A stretch of 64,000 bases of DNA from Polyangiales bacterium (GTDB taxonomy: Bacteria > Myxococcota_A > Polyangia > Polyangiales > Ga0077539). The notes beneath the pieces were generated by a model. The model did no database searches. It was not told the origin of the DNA and was given only the letters and a program-made list of their open reading frames with translations. Position 1 is the stretch's first letter, and every line of letters starts with the position of its first letter. Shown piece by piece: positions 22,658-33,047 of the stretch. The stretch lies in NCBI GenBank assembly GCA_044229975.1, contig JBGARZ010000002.1, forward strand, positions 192,001 through 256,000, read 5' to 3'. Made by a program: the position numbers and the translations under genes.

Positions 22658-24508
22658 ATGAGCGCACCCAACCTCGCCGCCACGGTCGCCGACGCGATTC
22701 GCGGGGCCGCCGCCGCGCGCGGTGATCGCGGAGGCTTCACCTTCGCCGACCCCCGCACCGCCGACAAGCACTACACCTGGAACGAACTCCTCGAAGCCGC
22801 CCGCGCGCGCGCCGCGGCCTTCTATGCCGAGGGTCTCCGCAAGGGTGATCGCCTCGCGATGGTGCTCCCGGGCCCCGAGGACTTCATCCTCAACTTCCTG
22901 GGCGCAACCCTCGGCGGCATCATCGCCGTCCCGATGTATCCGCCCGTCGCGCTGGGCAAGGTCGAGAGCTACGTCAAGAACGTCGAGCACATCGTCCACT
23001 CGTCGGGCGCCAAGGCGCTGCTCATCAGCAAGCAGGTGCGCCCCATCCTCGGGTCGGTGCTCGACACCGGCGCGGTGAAGAAGCTCATCCTCACCGAGTC
23101 GCTCAACCTCGACGCGCCCCGCGGCGACACCGAGCCCAACGTCTCGCCCGAGGACGTCTGCTTCCTCCAGTACACCTCCGGGAGCACCGCCTCGCCCAAG
23201 GGCGTCATCGTCACGCACGCCAACCTCGCCGCCAACTGCGGCGTCATCGCGGCCAACGGCCTCGGCTCCAACCCCGACACCGACCACGGCGTCTCCTGGC
23301 TGCCGCTCTATCACGACATGGGCCTCATCGGCTTCGTGATGGTGCCGCTCTTCGGATACCTGAACATCACGTTCCTCCCGACGATGGAGTTCGTGAAGCG
23401 GCCGGCCTACTGGCTGGAGATGATCGACAAGTATCGCGCGACCATCACCTTCGCGCCCAACTTCGCCTACGCCCTCGCCACGCGCCGCGTGAAGGACGCC
23501 GACCTCGCGAAGTGGGACCTCTCCACCATGAAGCACCTCGGCTGCGGCGCCGAGCCGATCCAGCCCGCGACGCTGCGCGAGTTCGTCGACCGCTTCTCCA
23601 AGGCAGGCCTGTCGGGCACTTCGCTCCTCCCCTGCTACGGCATGGCCGAGAGCACGCTCGCCATCTCCTTCGCGCGCCACAAGACCGACTCGCTGCGCGT
23701 CGACACCGTGGACGTCGAGGCCTTCCGCAACGGCGAGGCGAAGCCCGTCGACCCCACCACGGCAGCGCCGGGATCATTCGTCGAGGTGGTGTGCTGCGGC
23801 GAGCCCTTCCCCAACCACGAGGTCTCCGTGCGCGACCCGGAGGGCAACGTGCTGCCCGAGCGCACCATCGGCGAGCTCTGCATGAAGGGCCCGAGCGTGT
23901 GCTCTGGCTATTACGACAACCCTGAAGCCACGGCCGCCGCCTTCAAGGACGGATGGCTCTACTCAGGCGACAAGGGATACGTCGCCGACGGCGCGGTCTA
24001 CGTGTGCGGTCGCATCAAGGACATGATCATCGTCCACGGTCGCAACTACTACCCGACGGACATCGAGTGGGTGGTCAACGACGTGGAGGGCATCCGCCGC
24101 GGCAGCGCGGTGGCCTTCGCGTGCCTCCCGGCGTCGGCGTCGAGCGAGCAGCTCGCGGTCGTCGCCGAGTGGGCCGGCAAGGAGCGCCCCTCCGACGAAG
24201 CCCTCGACGCGACGAAGCGGAAGGTCACCGAGGTGGTGCAGGGTGCCCTCGGGCTCAACGCGTGGCAGGTGGTGCTCATCCCGCCGGGGACTGTTCCGAA
24301 GACCTCGTCGGGCAAGCTCCAGCGCCGCCGCACCAAGCAGCAGTTCGAGGACGGCACGCTTGGTCAGGAAGGCCCGACCACGGAGAAGCTCGACGCCAAG
24401 GTGGCCGTCGCGAAGCAGATGGCGCGCTCGTACGTCAACCTCGCCCGCAACGAGGTAGTCTCGCGGCTGCCCGACCCGGTGCGCGCGTTTTTCGGGAAGA
24501 AGAAGTAG
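22658..24508 (+). CDS. Fatty acyl-AMP ligase (FAAL)
   Basis: FLQYTSGSTASPKGV, SWLPLYHDMGLIG, PCYGMAE and PKTSSGKLQR motifs. Confidence 0.9.
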   Translation: MSAPNLAATVADAIRGAAAARGDRGGFTFADPRTADKHYTWNELLEAARARAAAFYAEGLRKGDRLAMVLPGPEDFILNFLGATLGGIIAVPMYPPVALGKVESYVKNVEHIVHSSGAKALLISKQVRPILGSVLDTGAVKKLILTESLNLDAPRGDTEPNVSPEDVCFLQYTSGSTASPKGVIVTHANLAANCGVIAANGLGSNPDTDHGVSWLPLYHDMGLIGFVMVPLFGYLNITFLPTMEFVKRPAYWLEMIDKYRATITFAPNFAYALATRRVKDADLAKWDLSTMKHLGCGAEPIQPATLREFVDRFSKAGLSGTSLLPCYGMAESTLAISFARHKTDSLRVDTVDVEAFRNGEAKPVDPTTAAPGSFVEVVCCGEPFPNHEVSVRDPEGNVLPERTIGELCMKGPSVCSGYYDNPEATAAAFKDGWLYSGDKGYVADGAVYVCGRIKDMIIVHGRNYYPTDIEWVVNDVEGIRRGSAVAFACLPASASSEQLAVVAEWAGKERPSDEALDATKRKVTEVVQGALGLNAWQVVLIPPGTVPKTSSGKLQRRRTKQQFEDGTLGQEGPTTEKLDAKVAVAKQMARSYVNLARNEVVSRLPDPVRAFFGKKK

Positions 24509-24510
24509 CG

Positions 24511-25248
24511 CTACCGACCGATGGCGAACTCACCCGATGCCCGGCCCTCTTCAGGGTCGGGCTCGGTGAGACCGCGGATGGCGTCGCGCACCGCGTCCAC
24601 CGCGTGCGGGTCGTAGAGGACGCCGTGGTGCCCGACGCCTGGGACGCGGACCACCCGCGAGCCAGGGAGCGCGGCGCTCTCGGGGTCGACGAGGAGATCC
24701 TGCTCCGCCACCACGGAGGTGATCGAAGTGCGCTGAAGGCGGTGGGCCGTCGCGCCGAGGGAGGTGATGGCCACGCTGCCGGGCGAGAGCTCTTGCGCGA
24801 GGCGCCACGGCCACGGGCGCGCGAGGGAGGTACCCAGGTGGGGCGTGCCCATGGTGACGAGGGCGTCGACGCGCAGGCCGAGGTGCTGCACCGCGTGGCG
24901 CGCGATGAGCCCGCCGAGCGAGTGGGCCACGACCACCACCGGGCCCGGAACCCGCGCGTCACCGATGACCGTCGCGAGCCGTCGCGCGTGCTTCTCGATG
25001 CTGCCGACGGGGGTGTAGTCGAAGTGCACCTGCCGGGGCGCGAGGCCCTCCTTGGCGAGCGCAAAGGCCATCGGGCGAAACACCCCCGACGAGGCGAAGA
25101 TGCCGTGCACGAACACCACGAGGTGCCGCGCGTCGCCGTGCTGCTTCAGGGTTCGCGAGGGTTGTGGGATGAGCCAGCCCTGACGGGCGACGGCGGCCAT
25201 CTCCTTGAGCACCTCGACCTCTCGTTGCCAGCGGGCGCGGCGTTTCAT
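24511..25248 (-). CDS. Alpha/beta hydrolase (lipase/esterase-like)
   Basis: VFVHG, AHSLGG, GTPHLG and GVGH motifs; start uncertain. Confidence 0.8.
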   Translation of the reverse strand: MKRRARWQREVEVLKEMAAVARQGWLIPQPSRTLKQHGDARHLVVFVHGIFASSGVFRPMAFALAKEGLAPRQVHFDYTPVGSIEKHARRLATVIGDARVPGPVVVVAHSLGGLIARHAVQHLGLRVDALVTMGTPHLGTSLARPWPWRLAQELSPGSVAITSLGATAHRLQRTSITSVVAEQDLLVDPESAALPGSRVVRVPGVGHHGVLYDPHAVDAVRDAIRGLTEPDPEEGRASGEFAIGR

Positions 25249-25344
25249 CGCAGTCACCCGAGTAGCACGCAGCGTCACGAGAGCGAAATAGCGGGTGCAT
25301 GTCCGATGAGAGTGCGACCCGCTTCCCGCACCCCGCGCAGCACC

Positions 25345-26373
25345 CTACGCGCCTTCGGGGTCTTCGACGTTGGACGCGATGACCCATCGATCGAGGGTCT
25401 GTCGCGCGCGCCCCGAGTCGATGGCAGCCGCCGCGATGGTGGCCGCCTCGCGGAGGTCGGAGGTCACCTCGGCGACGACGAGCCCCGCGGCGGCGTTGAG
25501 CACCGCGGCGGTGCGACGCGGGCCCGGCTCACCGTCGAGGATGCTGCGCGCGATGCGGGCGTTGGTGGTCGGGTCGCCGCCCGCGAGCGCTTCGCACGGC
25601 ACCGGGTCGAGCCCGAAGTCGTTGGGGGTGACGGTGCTCTCGATGAGGACGCCCTGGCGCACGCTCACCACCTGGGTCGGGCCCGACGGGCTGACCTCGT
25701 CCATGCCTCCGGCGCCGTGGAGCACCCACGCGCGGCGGGTGCCGAGGCGAGAGAGCACCTCGGCCATCTTGCGGAGGTAGCCCGGCGAATGGACCCCGAG
25801 GAGCTGGTGCGTCGCGCCCGCGGGGTTGGCCAGCGGACCGATGAGGTCGAAGATGGTGCGGAAGCCGAGCTCTTGCCGGACGACGCCGGCGTTGGCGAGC
25901 GCGACGTGGAAGCTCGGCGCGTACAGGAAGGTGATGCCCACCTCGCGCAGGGCCTGGCGCACCACCGAGCGCGTGGCGTCGATGCGCACCCCGAGCGCTT
26001 CGACCACGTCGGCGCTGCCCGTGCGCGAAGTGACCGCGCGGAGCCCGTGCTTGGCAACGGCGACCCCGCACGAGGCCACGATGATGGCCGCGACGGTGCT
26101 CACGTTGAAGGTCGACGCGGGCCCGCCGCCCGTCCCGCAGGTGTCGAGCAGGATGCCGGGGAAGCCCTCGATGGGCTCGCACCGTCGGCGCAGCGCGCGC
26201 GCGGCGGACTTGATCTCGGTGACGGTCTCGCCCTTCATGCGCAGGGCGGTGGCGAGGGCCGCGATCTGCGCCGCGGACGCCTCGCCCGAGAGCACCTCTT
26301 CGATCGCCGCCGTGGCCTCGTCCTCGTCGAGGTCGCGGCCTCCGATGAGCGCTCGCAGCGCGCTGTGGATCAT
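25345..26373 (-). CDS. trpD: Anthranilate phosphoribosyltransferase-like protein with divergent active-site motifs
   Basis: DTCGTGG, TFNVST, KHG, GSAD, GPLANP and GMDEVS motifs. Confidence 0.85.
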   Translation of the reverse strand: MIHSALRALIGGRDLDEDEATAAIEEVLSGEASAAQIAALATALRMKGETVTEIKSAARALRRRCEPIEGFPGILLDTCGTGGGPASTFNVSTVAAIIVASCGVAVAKHGLRAVTSRTGSADVVEALGVRIDATRSVVRQALREVGITFLYAPSFHVALANAGVVRQELGFRTIFDLIGPLANPAGATHQLLGVHSPGYLRKMAEVLSRLGTRRAWVLHGAGGMDEVSPSGPTQVVSVRQGVLIESTVTPNDFGLDPVPCEALAGGDPTTNARIARSILDGEPGPRRTAAVLNAAAGLVVAEVTSDLREAATIAAAAIDSGRARQTLDRWVIASNVEDPEGA

Positions 26374-26520
26374 CCGCGCACCGTATCACCGAACGTGCTC
26401 CCGATGCGGCGCCGAGGGCGCGCCGTGAAGTCGTCTTGACAGTGCGAGAAGCGCGACGATAGCGTCCGCCCGCGATAGCGGCGTAGAGGTCGTGACGACG
26501 CGAAGGAGCAGTGATCCCCG

Positions 26521-27810
26521 ATGGCCGACGAGAAGAAGAAGCCCGATTTGAAGGCGCGCCTCAACCGCACCGTGGTGGGCCCCGCCCCCGGTGTGGGCGC
26601 GGGCCCGGACGCCGGCGCGCCCGGCGGGGGAACCCCCTCGGCGGGCGTCGATCCGGTGGGCGACTTCGGCATCGCGAGCGCGAGCTCGGACATCGCGGTC
26701 CCCGAGTTCATCAAGCAGCAGCAGGCCGAGAAGGCGGCGGCCGAGGCGCGGGCCGCGGAAGAAGCTCGCGTCGCCGGTGAGCGCGCGGCGCGAGCCGCCG
26801 CCGAGCGCGCAGCGCAGGAGCGGGCGCAAGAGCGGGCACGCGCGATGGCGGCCGATCCCTTCGCGGCGTCGTCGGCCTCCGAGGCCCCGCAGGAGATTCG
26901 CCTCGTCATCGACGACAAGGCCGTGAGCGACGCCGAGGTCGGCCGCAAGAACACCGGCGCCGTGCTCGGCTTCGTCATCGTGGGCGCCGTCGCCCTCGCG
27001 GCGGGCTTCGGCATCGGCGGTCTCATGGAGACGCGCAAGCAGGGCGCGCGCACCGTCGAGGCCATCGCGGAGATCCGCACGAGCGTCGACGCCGCGGGCG
27101 CGATCATCGCGACCATGAAGAACAAGGTCGACCACGCGGCCACCGCCGCGGGCATTCCCGCGCAGGGCGAAGAGGCCCCCGGGCAGCCCGCCGCCGCGCC
27201 GGCGACCGCGACCATCGACGAGGAGCTCGGCACCTGGTTTGGCGCGCAGGCGGCCGACCCGCCGCTCATGCCCAACGTCTACGCGGGTCGCGTGGGTCGA
27301 CTCCGCGGCGACCTCGTCGAGAAGCTGATGAAGGTGCAGTTCGAGCTCGCCCAGGCGTGGGGCGATCTGCGTCGCCACCAGAGCGGCACGCAGGGCAACA
27401 ACCTCCGCCTGCTCCAGACCTCGCTGCAAGACCTCCAGCGGGTGCGCGGTGAGTACCAGCGCCTCGGCGTGGTCTTCGCGGCCGGCCCCCAGGACGGCCC
27501 GCGCGTCATCGGCACCCTGGTCTCGCTCGGCGCCCCCGACCCGGCCGGCGCGCTCCCCATTCCGCTGCTCGGCGCCAACCAGACGCGGCAGTTCTACACC
27601 GGCGGTGACCTCTCGGCTCCGGCGACCGTGGGCACCGTGACCATCCCCGTCTCGGTGAGCGGCGGACTCGGCGCCGTCGCCATGGGTGGCCTCACCCGTC
27701 CGTGGTCGGAGTACGTCGGTCGCGTCCGGAGCCTCCGCACGCTGGTCGACGCCCTCGCGCGCGACCACCGCCAGCTCGCCGACGCGCTCAGCCGCAACCC
27801 CTCTCCCTGA
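26521..27810 (+). CDS. Hypothetical single-pass membrane protein
   Basis: GGAG RBS; upstream TTGACA-18-TAGCGT; Ala/Glu coiled coil; one TM helix. Confidence 0.8.
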   Translation: MADEKKKPDLKARLNRTVVGPAPGVGAGPDAGAPGGGTPSAGVDPVGDFGIASASSDIAVPEFIKQQQAEKAAAEARAAEEARVAGERAARAAAERAAQERAQERARAMAADPFAASSASEAPQEIRLVIDDKAVSDAEVGRKNTGAVLGFVIVGAVALAAGFGIGGLMETRKQGARTVEAIAEIRTSVDAAGAIIATMKNKVDHAATAAGIPAQGEEAPGQPAAAPATATIDEELGTWFGAQAADPPLMPNVYAGRVGRLRGDLVEKLMKVQFELAQAWGDLRRHQSGTQGNNLRLLQTSLQDLQRVRGEYQRLGVVFAAGPQDGPRVIGTLVSLGAPDPAGALPIPLLGANQTRQFYTGGDLSAPATVGTVTIPVSVSGGLGAVAMGGLTRPWSEYVGRVRSLRTLVDALARDHRQLADALSRNPSP

Positions 27811-27819
27811 GTCGCGTTA

Positions 27820-28743
27820 CTACCGGACGGCCGGGTCTTCGGTGGTCGGTGCCACCGGAGACCGGGACGCCGCGCTCTCGGCGAGCATCTCCAGCGCCGC
27901 GAGCTGCGGAGCATCGTCTTCGGACACGGGCGCCGAGTCGCCGCTCCACACCGCAAGCAATCGATTGAGCGCCTCGACGAAGCCCGCGAGGTCGCTCACC
28001 CCTTCGAGGGCCGTCACCGTCGCTGCCGACGGGATCTTCTTCGCGCGCCGGTAGGCGTCGAGCACCCACGACACCCACTGCGGGTCGCGCTTGAGCAGCG
28101 CGAGCTTGAGCGCGTACTCCGTGATGCGCGCGAGGTACGCGGGGTCGATCTCCCCCGCCGCGATGCGCTCTTCGGCCTCTTCGGCCGCGCGGCGCAGGAT
28201 GCGGTCGGCCTCGGCGTACTTCCCCTGCGGGAGCGCGCGATCCATGAAGTCGCCGAACATCTGCGCGATCCACGCGCGACGCACCGGCATGCTGATGCCC
28301 GGAACGGTCTCCTCTTCGCGCACCGCCGTCACCGCGTGGCCGCAGTGCGGGCACACGAGCGGCCCCTCCGGAAACGGCGTCTTGCACCGCGCGCAGAGCC
28401 GCATCGCGCCCGTCGACCGCGGCGCAAACTGGGACGTCTCCATCCGGAAGAACACCAGCTCCTGCGCGCCGAGGCGCAGCCGGTCTTGATCGACGAGCAC
28501 CTGCGACCCGGTCATGGGGCGGCCGTTGATGCGCGAGCCGTTGCGGCTGCCGAGGTCGTGGAAGGTCACCACGCCCTGCTCGACGACGATGCGCGCGTGC
28601 TGCCGCGAGATGAGCGGGTCTTCGATGGTGATGTGACAGTCTGGGCTACGACCCAGCACCGTCTCACCCGGCGGGAGGTCGTGCTCCTGAAGCAGGAACC
28701 TGAGACGGAATCTCACCACGATGGCGATCCTATTCGGGTCCAA
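27820..28743 (-). CDS. FHA domain protein with Zn-ribbon
   Basis: LGRSPDC, ISRQHA and DLGSRNG motifs; CARC...CPHC. Confidence 0.9.
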   Translation of the reverse strand: MDPNRIAIVVRFRLRFLLQEHDLPPGETVLGRSPDCHITIEDPLISRQHARIVVEQGVVTFHDLGSRNGSRINGRPMTGSQVLVDQDRLRLGAQELVFFRMETSQFAPRSTGAMRLCARCKTPFPEGPLVCPHCGHAVTAVREEETVPGISMPVRRAWIAQMFGDFMDRALPQGKYAEADRILRRAAEEAEERIAAGEIDPAYLARITEYALKLALLKRDPQWVSWVLDAYRRAKKIPSAATVTALEGVSDLAGFVEALNRLLAVWSGDSAPVSEDDAPQLAALEMLAESAASRSPVAPTTEDPAVR

Positions 28744-28789
28744 CTGACGGGGTCAACGCGAGAATGCTCATGGTAGGTTGCGCTCCGGA

Positions 28790-29056
28790 ATGACCGTCGT
28801 AGCTGCCAGCGGTGGGGTGCGTGCGCTGCACGCCGTGATGGACTCAGTGCTCGCGCCGATGGTGGCGCGTGACGGCGGAGAGCTGCGGTGGGTTCAGCGC
28901 GTGGGTGACGTGGTGGAGGTCTCCCTTACCGGCGCCTGCATCGGTTGCCCGGGGCAGCGCGACACCGTCGAGGGTGTGTTGCTCCCGACGCTTCGCAGCG
29001 TCGACCCGACGGTGTCCTCCGTGCGGGTCGTCGCTCCGTTGCTCCGCCGCGCCTGA
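28790..29056 (+). CDS. NifU/Nfu-like C-terminal domain protein
   Basis: P...DGG...LTGACIGCP motif. Confidence 0.8.
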   Translation: MTVVAASGGVRALHAVMDSVLAPMVARDGGELRWVQRVGDVVEVSLTGACIGCPGQRDTVEGVLLPTLRSVDPTVSSVRVVAPLLRRA

Positions 29057-29065
29057 CCGTGCAGG

Positions 29066-30040
29066 TCAGAAGCCGAGGCCGCCCAAGGGGTCCTCGTCGG
29101 GCGGCGGTCGGCCCGGTCCGGCGTCGTTGCCGGGGCGAACGCCCGTGCCCGAGGGGGCCGGGATGTTGGCGCTCGCGGCGGCGCCTGCGTCGGACGTCTG
29201 TACGCGACGGATCTTGCCCGTGATGCGATCGACGATGTCGGCGTTGGCGTCGCCCGTGGTGTTGCCCGTCTCGGGGAGCGCGTTGTTGGAAACGGTGGCC
29301 GTGCGGGTGGTGCGTACGGGCACGTTGCGGCGCAGCGTCGTGAGCTGTGCCACCGTCGCCGACTCCTCGTAGACGAGACAGAACGCGTTGTAGAAGGTCG
29401 TCGCGTCGACGATGTGGAGGCGGGAGGTGTCGTCGCGCCACTCGATCGTGCGCAGGCGCGGGCCGTCGTTGACCCGCCGGCCTGAGCCGAAGATGGTCTC
29501 GAGCTGCGTCGCGAAATCGTCGAAGTTGATGCGCGCGCCCGCGGTGTTGCGCGCCTGCACGCGCTTCCACAGCCGGTCGTTGATGAAGAAGAAGAACTCG
29601 CGGTTGCCGCGCGTGTCCTCGTAGACCAGCATCGACTCGTTGTTGTTGTGCGTGTACTCCTCGCCGATAAACGACGTGTCCCACCGTCGGTGCGGCGTCG
29701 TCCCGTCGAACTCCACGTAGGTGCGCTCGATCGCCCTGATCTCGGCGTCGCGCTGTTCGACCATGCGGTACTGCTCGACGGTGCCGAGGTTGCGCATGCG
29801 CGGCGCGTAGCTCGCCCGGATGCTCTGGCGGAACGACTCCAGCACCTGCTCGTGGTTGATGCCCCAGCGCAGCGCACCGAGCTCCTGCGCGATGCGCGGA
29901 GACACGGGTGGCTCGGCCGGCGCCACGACGGCGGGCGGGCGTCGCGGGCCGCGCTGCGGGCGTCGCGGTTGCGACGCTCCGGTGAGGGCGACCGCCGACG
30001 TGAGGAACGACACCAATCCGATGGCGAGCAGCTTTCGCAT
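29066..30040 (-). CDS. Hypothetical secreted protein
   Basis: Signal peptide MRKLLAIGLVSFLTSAVA; GC3 bias. Confidence 0.75.
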   Translation of the reverse strand: MRKLLAIGLVSFLTSAVALTGASQPRRPQRGPRRPPAVVAPAEPPVSPRIAQELGALRWGINHEQVLESFRQSIRASYAPRMRNLGTVEQYRMVEQRDAEIRAIERTYVEFDGTTPHRRWDTSFIGEEYTHNNNESMLVYEDTRGNREFFFFINDRLWKRVQARNTAGARINFDDFATQLETIFGSGRRVNDGPRLRTIEWRDDTSRLHIVDATTFYNAFCLVYEESATVAQLTTLRRNVPVRTTRTATVSNNALPETGNTTGDANADIVDRITGKIRRVQTSDAGAAASANIPAPSGTGVRPGNDAGPGRPPPDEDPLGGLGF

Positions 30041-30231
30041 GAAACCTCTGTTTCCCTTCCGCGGAGCGGACCATACCTCATCGCGCGCCGGGGGATTCAA
30101 CGCCCTTCTGACACCCGACGTCGAAGCGGTTTGGTGGACGCCCCCGTCGGGTGGATGATTCACCCTGCGGCGGTTGCGCCGCCGACCCCGCGCAGCCATT
30201 GATGCCGCCGCTCCCGCGAAAGGTCCTCCGA

Positions 30232-31530
30232 ATGCGCCCCGCCCGACTGCTCTCTGGCCTCCCCGTCGCCCTGCTCGCCGCCGCGCTCGTGGCCGTGCCG
30301 TCGACCGCCCACGCGGCCGACCTCTTCTCCACCGCCCTGCAACGCTATGGGCTCGTCGCCGCCCTCGGCTCGGCCTTCCTCGTGGGCCTCATGACCGCCG
30401 CGACGCCGTGCGTCTATCCGATGATCGCCATCACCGTGTCGGTCTTCGGCGCGCGTCGCGAGACCCGCGGGCGCGCCATGTGGCTCTCCACGGCCTTCGT
30501 GCTCGGGCTCGCGGCGCTGTTCGTCCCGCTCGGTCTCTTCGCGGGGCTCACCGGCACCGTCGCCGGTCGCCTCGCGGGCTCTCCCTGGGTGCAGGGCTTC
30601 GAGGCCTTCCTCATGCTCGGCATGGCCCTCAACATGTTCGGGCTCTTCGAGATCTCGCTCCCATCCTCGCTGCAAGATCGCCTCTCCCTCGTCGGCGGCC
30701 TCGGCGCGCGCGGGGCCTTCCTCGTGGGCTTCGCGACGGGCCCCATCGCCGCGCCCTGCGCCACCGCCGGCCTCGTCGGCATACTCGACTACGTATTCCA
30801 GCAGCGCGACGTCGCGGGCGGCGGCCTCGCCCTCTTCTCATACTCGCTCGGCCTCGGGCTGCCCTTCTGGCTCGTCGGCTCCCTCTCCCTCGGGCTCCCC
30901 AAGCCGGGCCTCTGGATGGACCGCGTGAAGAGCGTCTTCGGCGTCGTCCTGGTCGTGCTCGGGCTCTACTACCTGCGCCACATCGTCCCGGTCATCGCGG
31001 TGCCCCCGCGCGGCCTGCCCACGAGCCGGTGGTTCTTCCTCGCCCTCCTCGCCGCGGGCCTCGCCGTCGGCGCCGTGCACCTCTCCCTCAAGGAGGGCAC
31101 CGCCGCGCAGCGCGCCCGCAAGGTCGTCGGCGTCGCCCTCGCGGCCATCGGCGGCCTCTGGCTCGTCGCGTACGAGCCGCCCGCACCCACCATCGCCTGG
31201 GTCGCCCCCTCCGCCGACCTCGCCGCAGTGGCGCGGCAGCGGCACCAGCCCGTTCTCGTGGACTTCGGCGCGACCTGGTGCGCCGCCTGCGAAGAGCTGC
31301 TTCGTCACACCTTCTCCGACGAGGCCGTGCGCCGCGAAGCCGCTCGCTTCGTCACGGTGCGCGTTGACGCGACGGAGAGCACGCCCGCCATCGACGCGCT
31401 CCAGGCGCGTCACCACGTGCGCGGACTCCCGACGGTGCTGCTCTTCGATTCGTCGGGACGCGAGGTCGCGCGGGTCTCGGAGTTCATCCCGGCGCCGCGC
31501 ATGCTCCAGCTCATGCGAGGCGTGAACTGA
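30232..31530 (+). CDS. dsbD: Thiol:disulfide interchange protein DsbD (TM and thioredoxin domains)
   Basis: TPCVYPMI, APC, PKPGLWM and DFGATWCAAC motifs. Confidence 0.88.
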   Translation: MRPARLLSGLPVALLAAALVAVPSTAHAADLFSTALQRYGLVAALGSAFLVGLMTAATPCVYPMIAITVSVFGARRETRGRAMWLSTAFVLGLAALFVPLGLFAGLTGTVAGRLAGSPWVQGFEAFLMLGMALNMFGLFEISLPSSLQDRLSLVGGLGARGAFLVGFATGPIAAPCATAGLVGILDYVFQQRDVAGGGLALFSYSLGLGLPFWLVGSLSLGLPKPGLWMDRVKSVFGVVLVVLGLYYLRHIVPVIAVPPRGLPTSRWFFLALLAAGLAVGAVHLSLKEGTAAQRARKVVGVALAAIGGLWLVAYEPPAPTIAWVAPSADLAAVARQRHQPVLVDFGATWCAACEELLRHTFSDEAVRREAARFVTVRVDATESTPAIDALQARHHVRGLPTVLLFDSSGREVARVSEFIPAPRMLQLMRGVN

Positions 31531-31533
31531 CCC

Positions 31534-32166
31534 ATGCGATCCGTCGCCGTCCTCGCTGCCGTCGTCCTGCTGTCGTCGTGCGTCGACGAACCGGTCGCGA
31601 TGGACGGCGGGCCGATGGACGCCGGTCAGTGCAACGTCGGCGCTCCGTCGCTGCTGGAGATCGGAACCAGCACCGACAGCTCGCTGCGCACCTACCGCAC
31701 GCTCACGGACAACGACCCGGTGGTGCTCGTCCCGGGTCCGCAGGGCGGCCAGCACATCTGGATCGGCGTGCGCGGTCGCGGCTTCGACCCGGCCCTTCCC
31801 CGCTTCGAGATGCGCGCCTATCGCCCCTCCGACAACGCCCTCGTGGGCAGGCTCCGCATCCGCCTGCCGATGAGCCCGGCGCCCGAAGACCCGACGCTCC
31901 TCGCCCTCCCCTCGCAGACCCTCGTCATCGACGACTCGGCCTACTGCACCCTCCTCGGAGGCGACGTGCGCGTCGAGCTCGACTTCAACGACCTCGCCGG
32001 GCGCTGCGTCACGGTCCGTCGCACGGTGCGACTTACGGAGATCGACCCGGCGACGCCCGCCGCGGTGCGCGCATCGTGGCTGCGGTGCTGCTCCGAGCGC
32101 CTCCCGCGCTGCTACCCCTTCGTCGACGCCTCGGTGCGCGCTCCGCTCGACGCGACCGCAGACTGA
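31534..32166 (+). CDS. Hypothetical lipoprotein
   Basis: Lipobox LSSC; GPQGGQHIW motif. Confidence 0.75.
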   Translation: MRSVAVLAAVVLLSSCVDEPVAMDGGPMDAGQCNVGAPSLLEIGTSTDSSLRTYRTLTDNDPVVLVPGPQGGQHIWIGVRGRGFDPALPRFEMRAYRPSDNALVGRLRIRLPMSPAPEDPTLLALPSQTLVIDDSAYCTLLGGDVRVELDFNDLAGRCVTVRRTVRLTEIDPATPAAVRASWLRCCSERLPRCYPFVDASVRAPLDATAD

Positions 32167-33041
32167 GCGTCGTCCTGCGGTTGCGTCTCGTGGAAGCGGT
32201 CGAAGTGCATCACCCGACGTCCGTCGGGCAGCGCCTCGATGATGTCCACGAAGCGATGACCCCAGAGCACGTCGGTCACCGCGTACGCGTGCCGCGCGTG
32301 CACCGCCTGCCCTGACGTCTCGTCCATCCCGACGAGCGAGACGATGATGAGCGCCTCCCACTCGGCGAGCTTCTCCGGCGTCACGCCAAACATCGGGCTC
32401 TCGCTGATGATCGGGTGCGCCGCCGTCCAGCTCATGACGAAGATGGGGTTGGTCGCGCGGGCGAGGCTCAGGTCGTGGAAGCGGCGCACGGGCTCGCCCT
32501 CCACCGTGCGCTCGGCGCGGAGGAGCGTGACGTGCAGCGCGGCCTCGACGATCTGGTTGCCGCGCGCGTTGGCCATGCGGAAGATCAACGACTGGACGCC
32601 GTCGCGGTTCACGATCAGCGCCTTGTCGGAGAACAGCACCCGCGCCGTGGGCCGCGCGAACTTCGCGAACATCAGCCCCGTCGCCATCGCGGTGCTCACC
32701 AGTCCGCAGAGCGCCTCGATGCTCACCACGATGTTCGCGTACGGCGTGCGCGGGACCATCTTCCCGTACCCGATGGTCGCCATCGTCTGGACGCTGAAGA
32801 AGAACGCGTCGACCACCGAGCCAGGCCGGGCGTTTTCGAGGCAGTCGCCGCCGAGCAGGTAGAGCGCCGCGAAGAACGCGTTGGCCCCGAGGTACACCGC
32901 GAGCACCGACAGCAGCAGCCAGCGCCACTTCGCGGCGAGCAGGCGGTGGTAGAGGTCGTTCCAGAGGCCGCGCGGCGCGCCGACGCGCTCGATGGACGGC
33001 GAGCCCGGCGTGAAGATCTGCGGCGACGGCGGGGCGGCCAT
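32112..33041 (-). CDS. Inward-rectifier potassium channel (KirBac)
   Basis: FFFSVQTMATIGYG selectivity filter; two TM helices; cytoplasmic IRK domain. Confidence 0.95.
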   Translation of the reverse strand: MAAPPSPQIFTPGSPSIERVGAPRGLWNDLYHRLLAAKWRWLLLSVLAVYLGANAFFAALYLLGGDCLENARPGSVVDAFFFSVQTMATIGYGKMVPRTPYANIVVSIEALCGLVSTAMATGLMFAKFARPTARVLFSDKALIVNRDGVQSLIFRMANARGNQIVEAALHVTLLRAERTVEGEPVRRFHDLSLARATNPIFVMSWTAAHPIISESPMFGVTPEKLAEWEALIIVSLVGMDETSGQAVHARHAYAVTDVLWGHRFVDIIEALPDGRRVMHFDRFHETQPQDDAQSAVASSGARTEASTKG

Positions 33042-33047
33042 CGGGCG

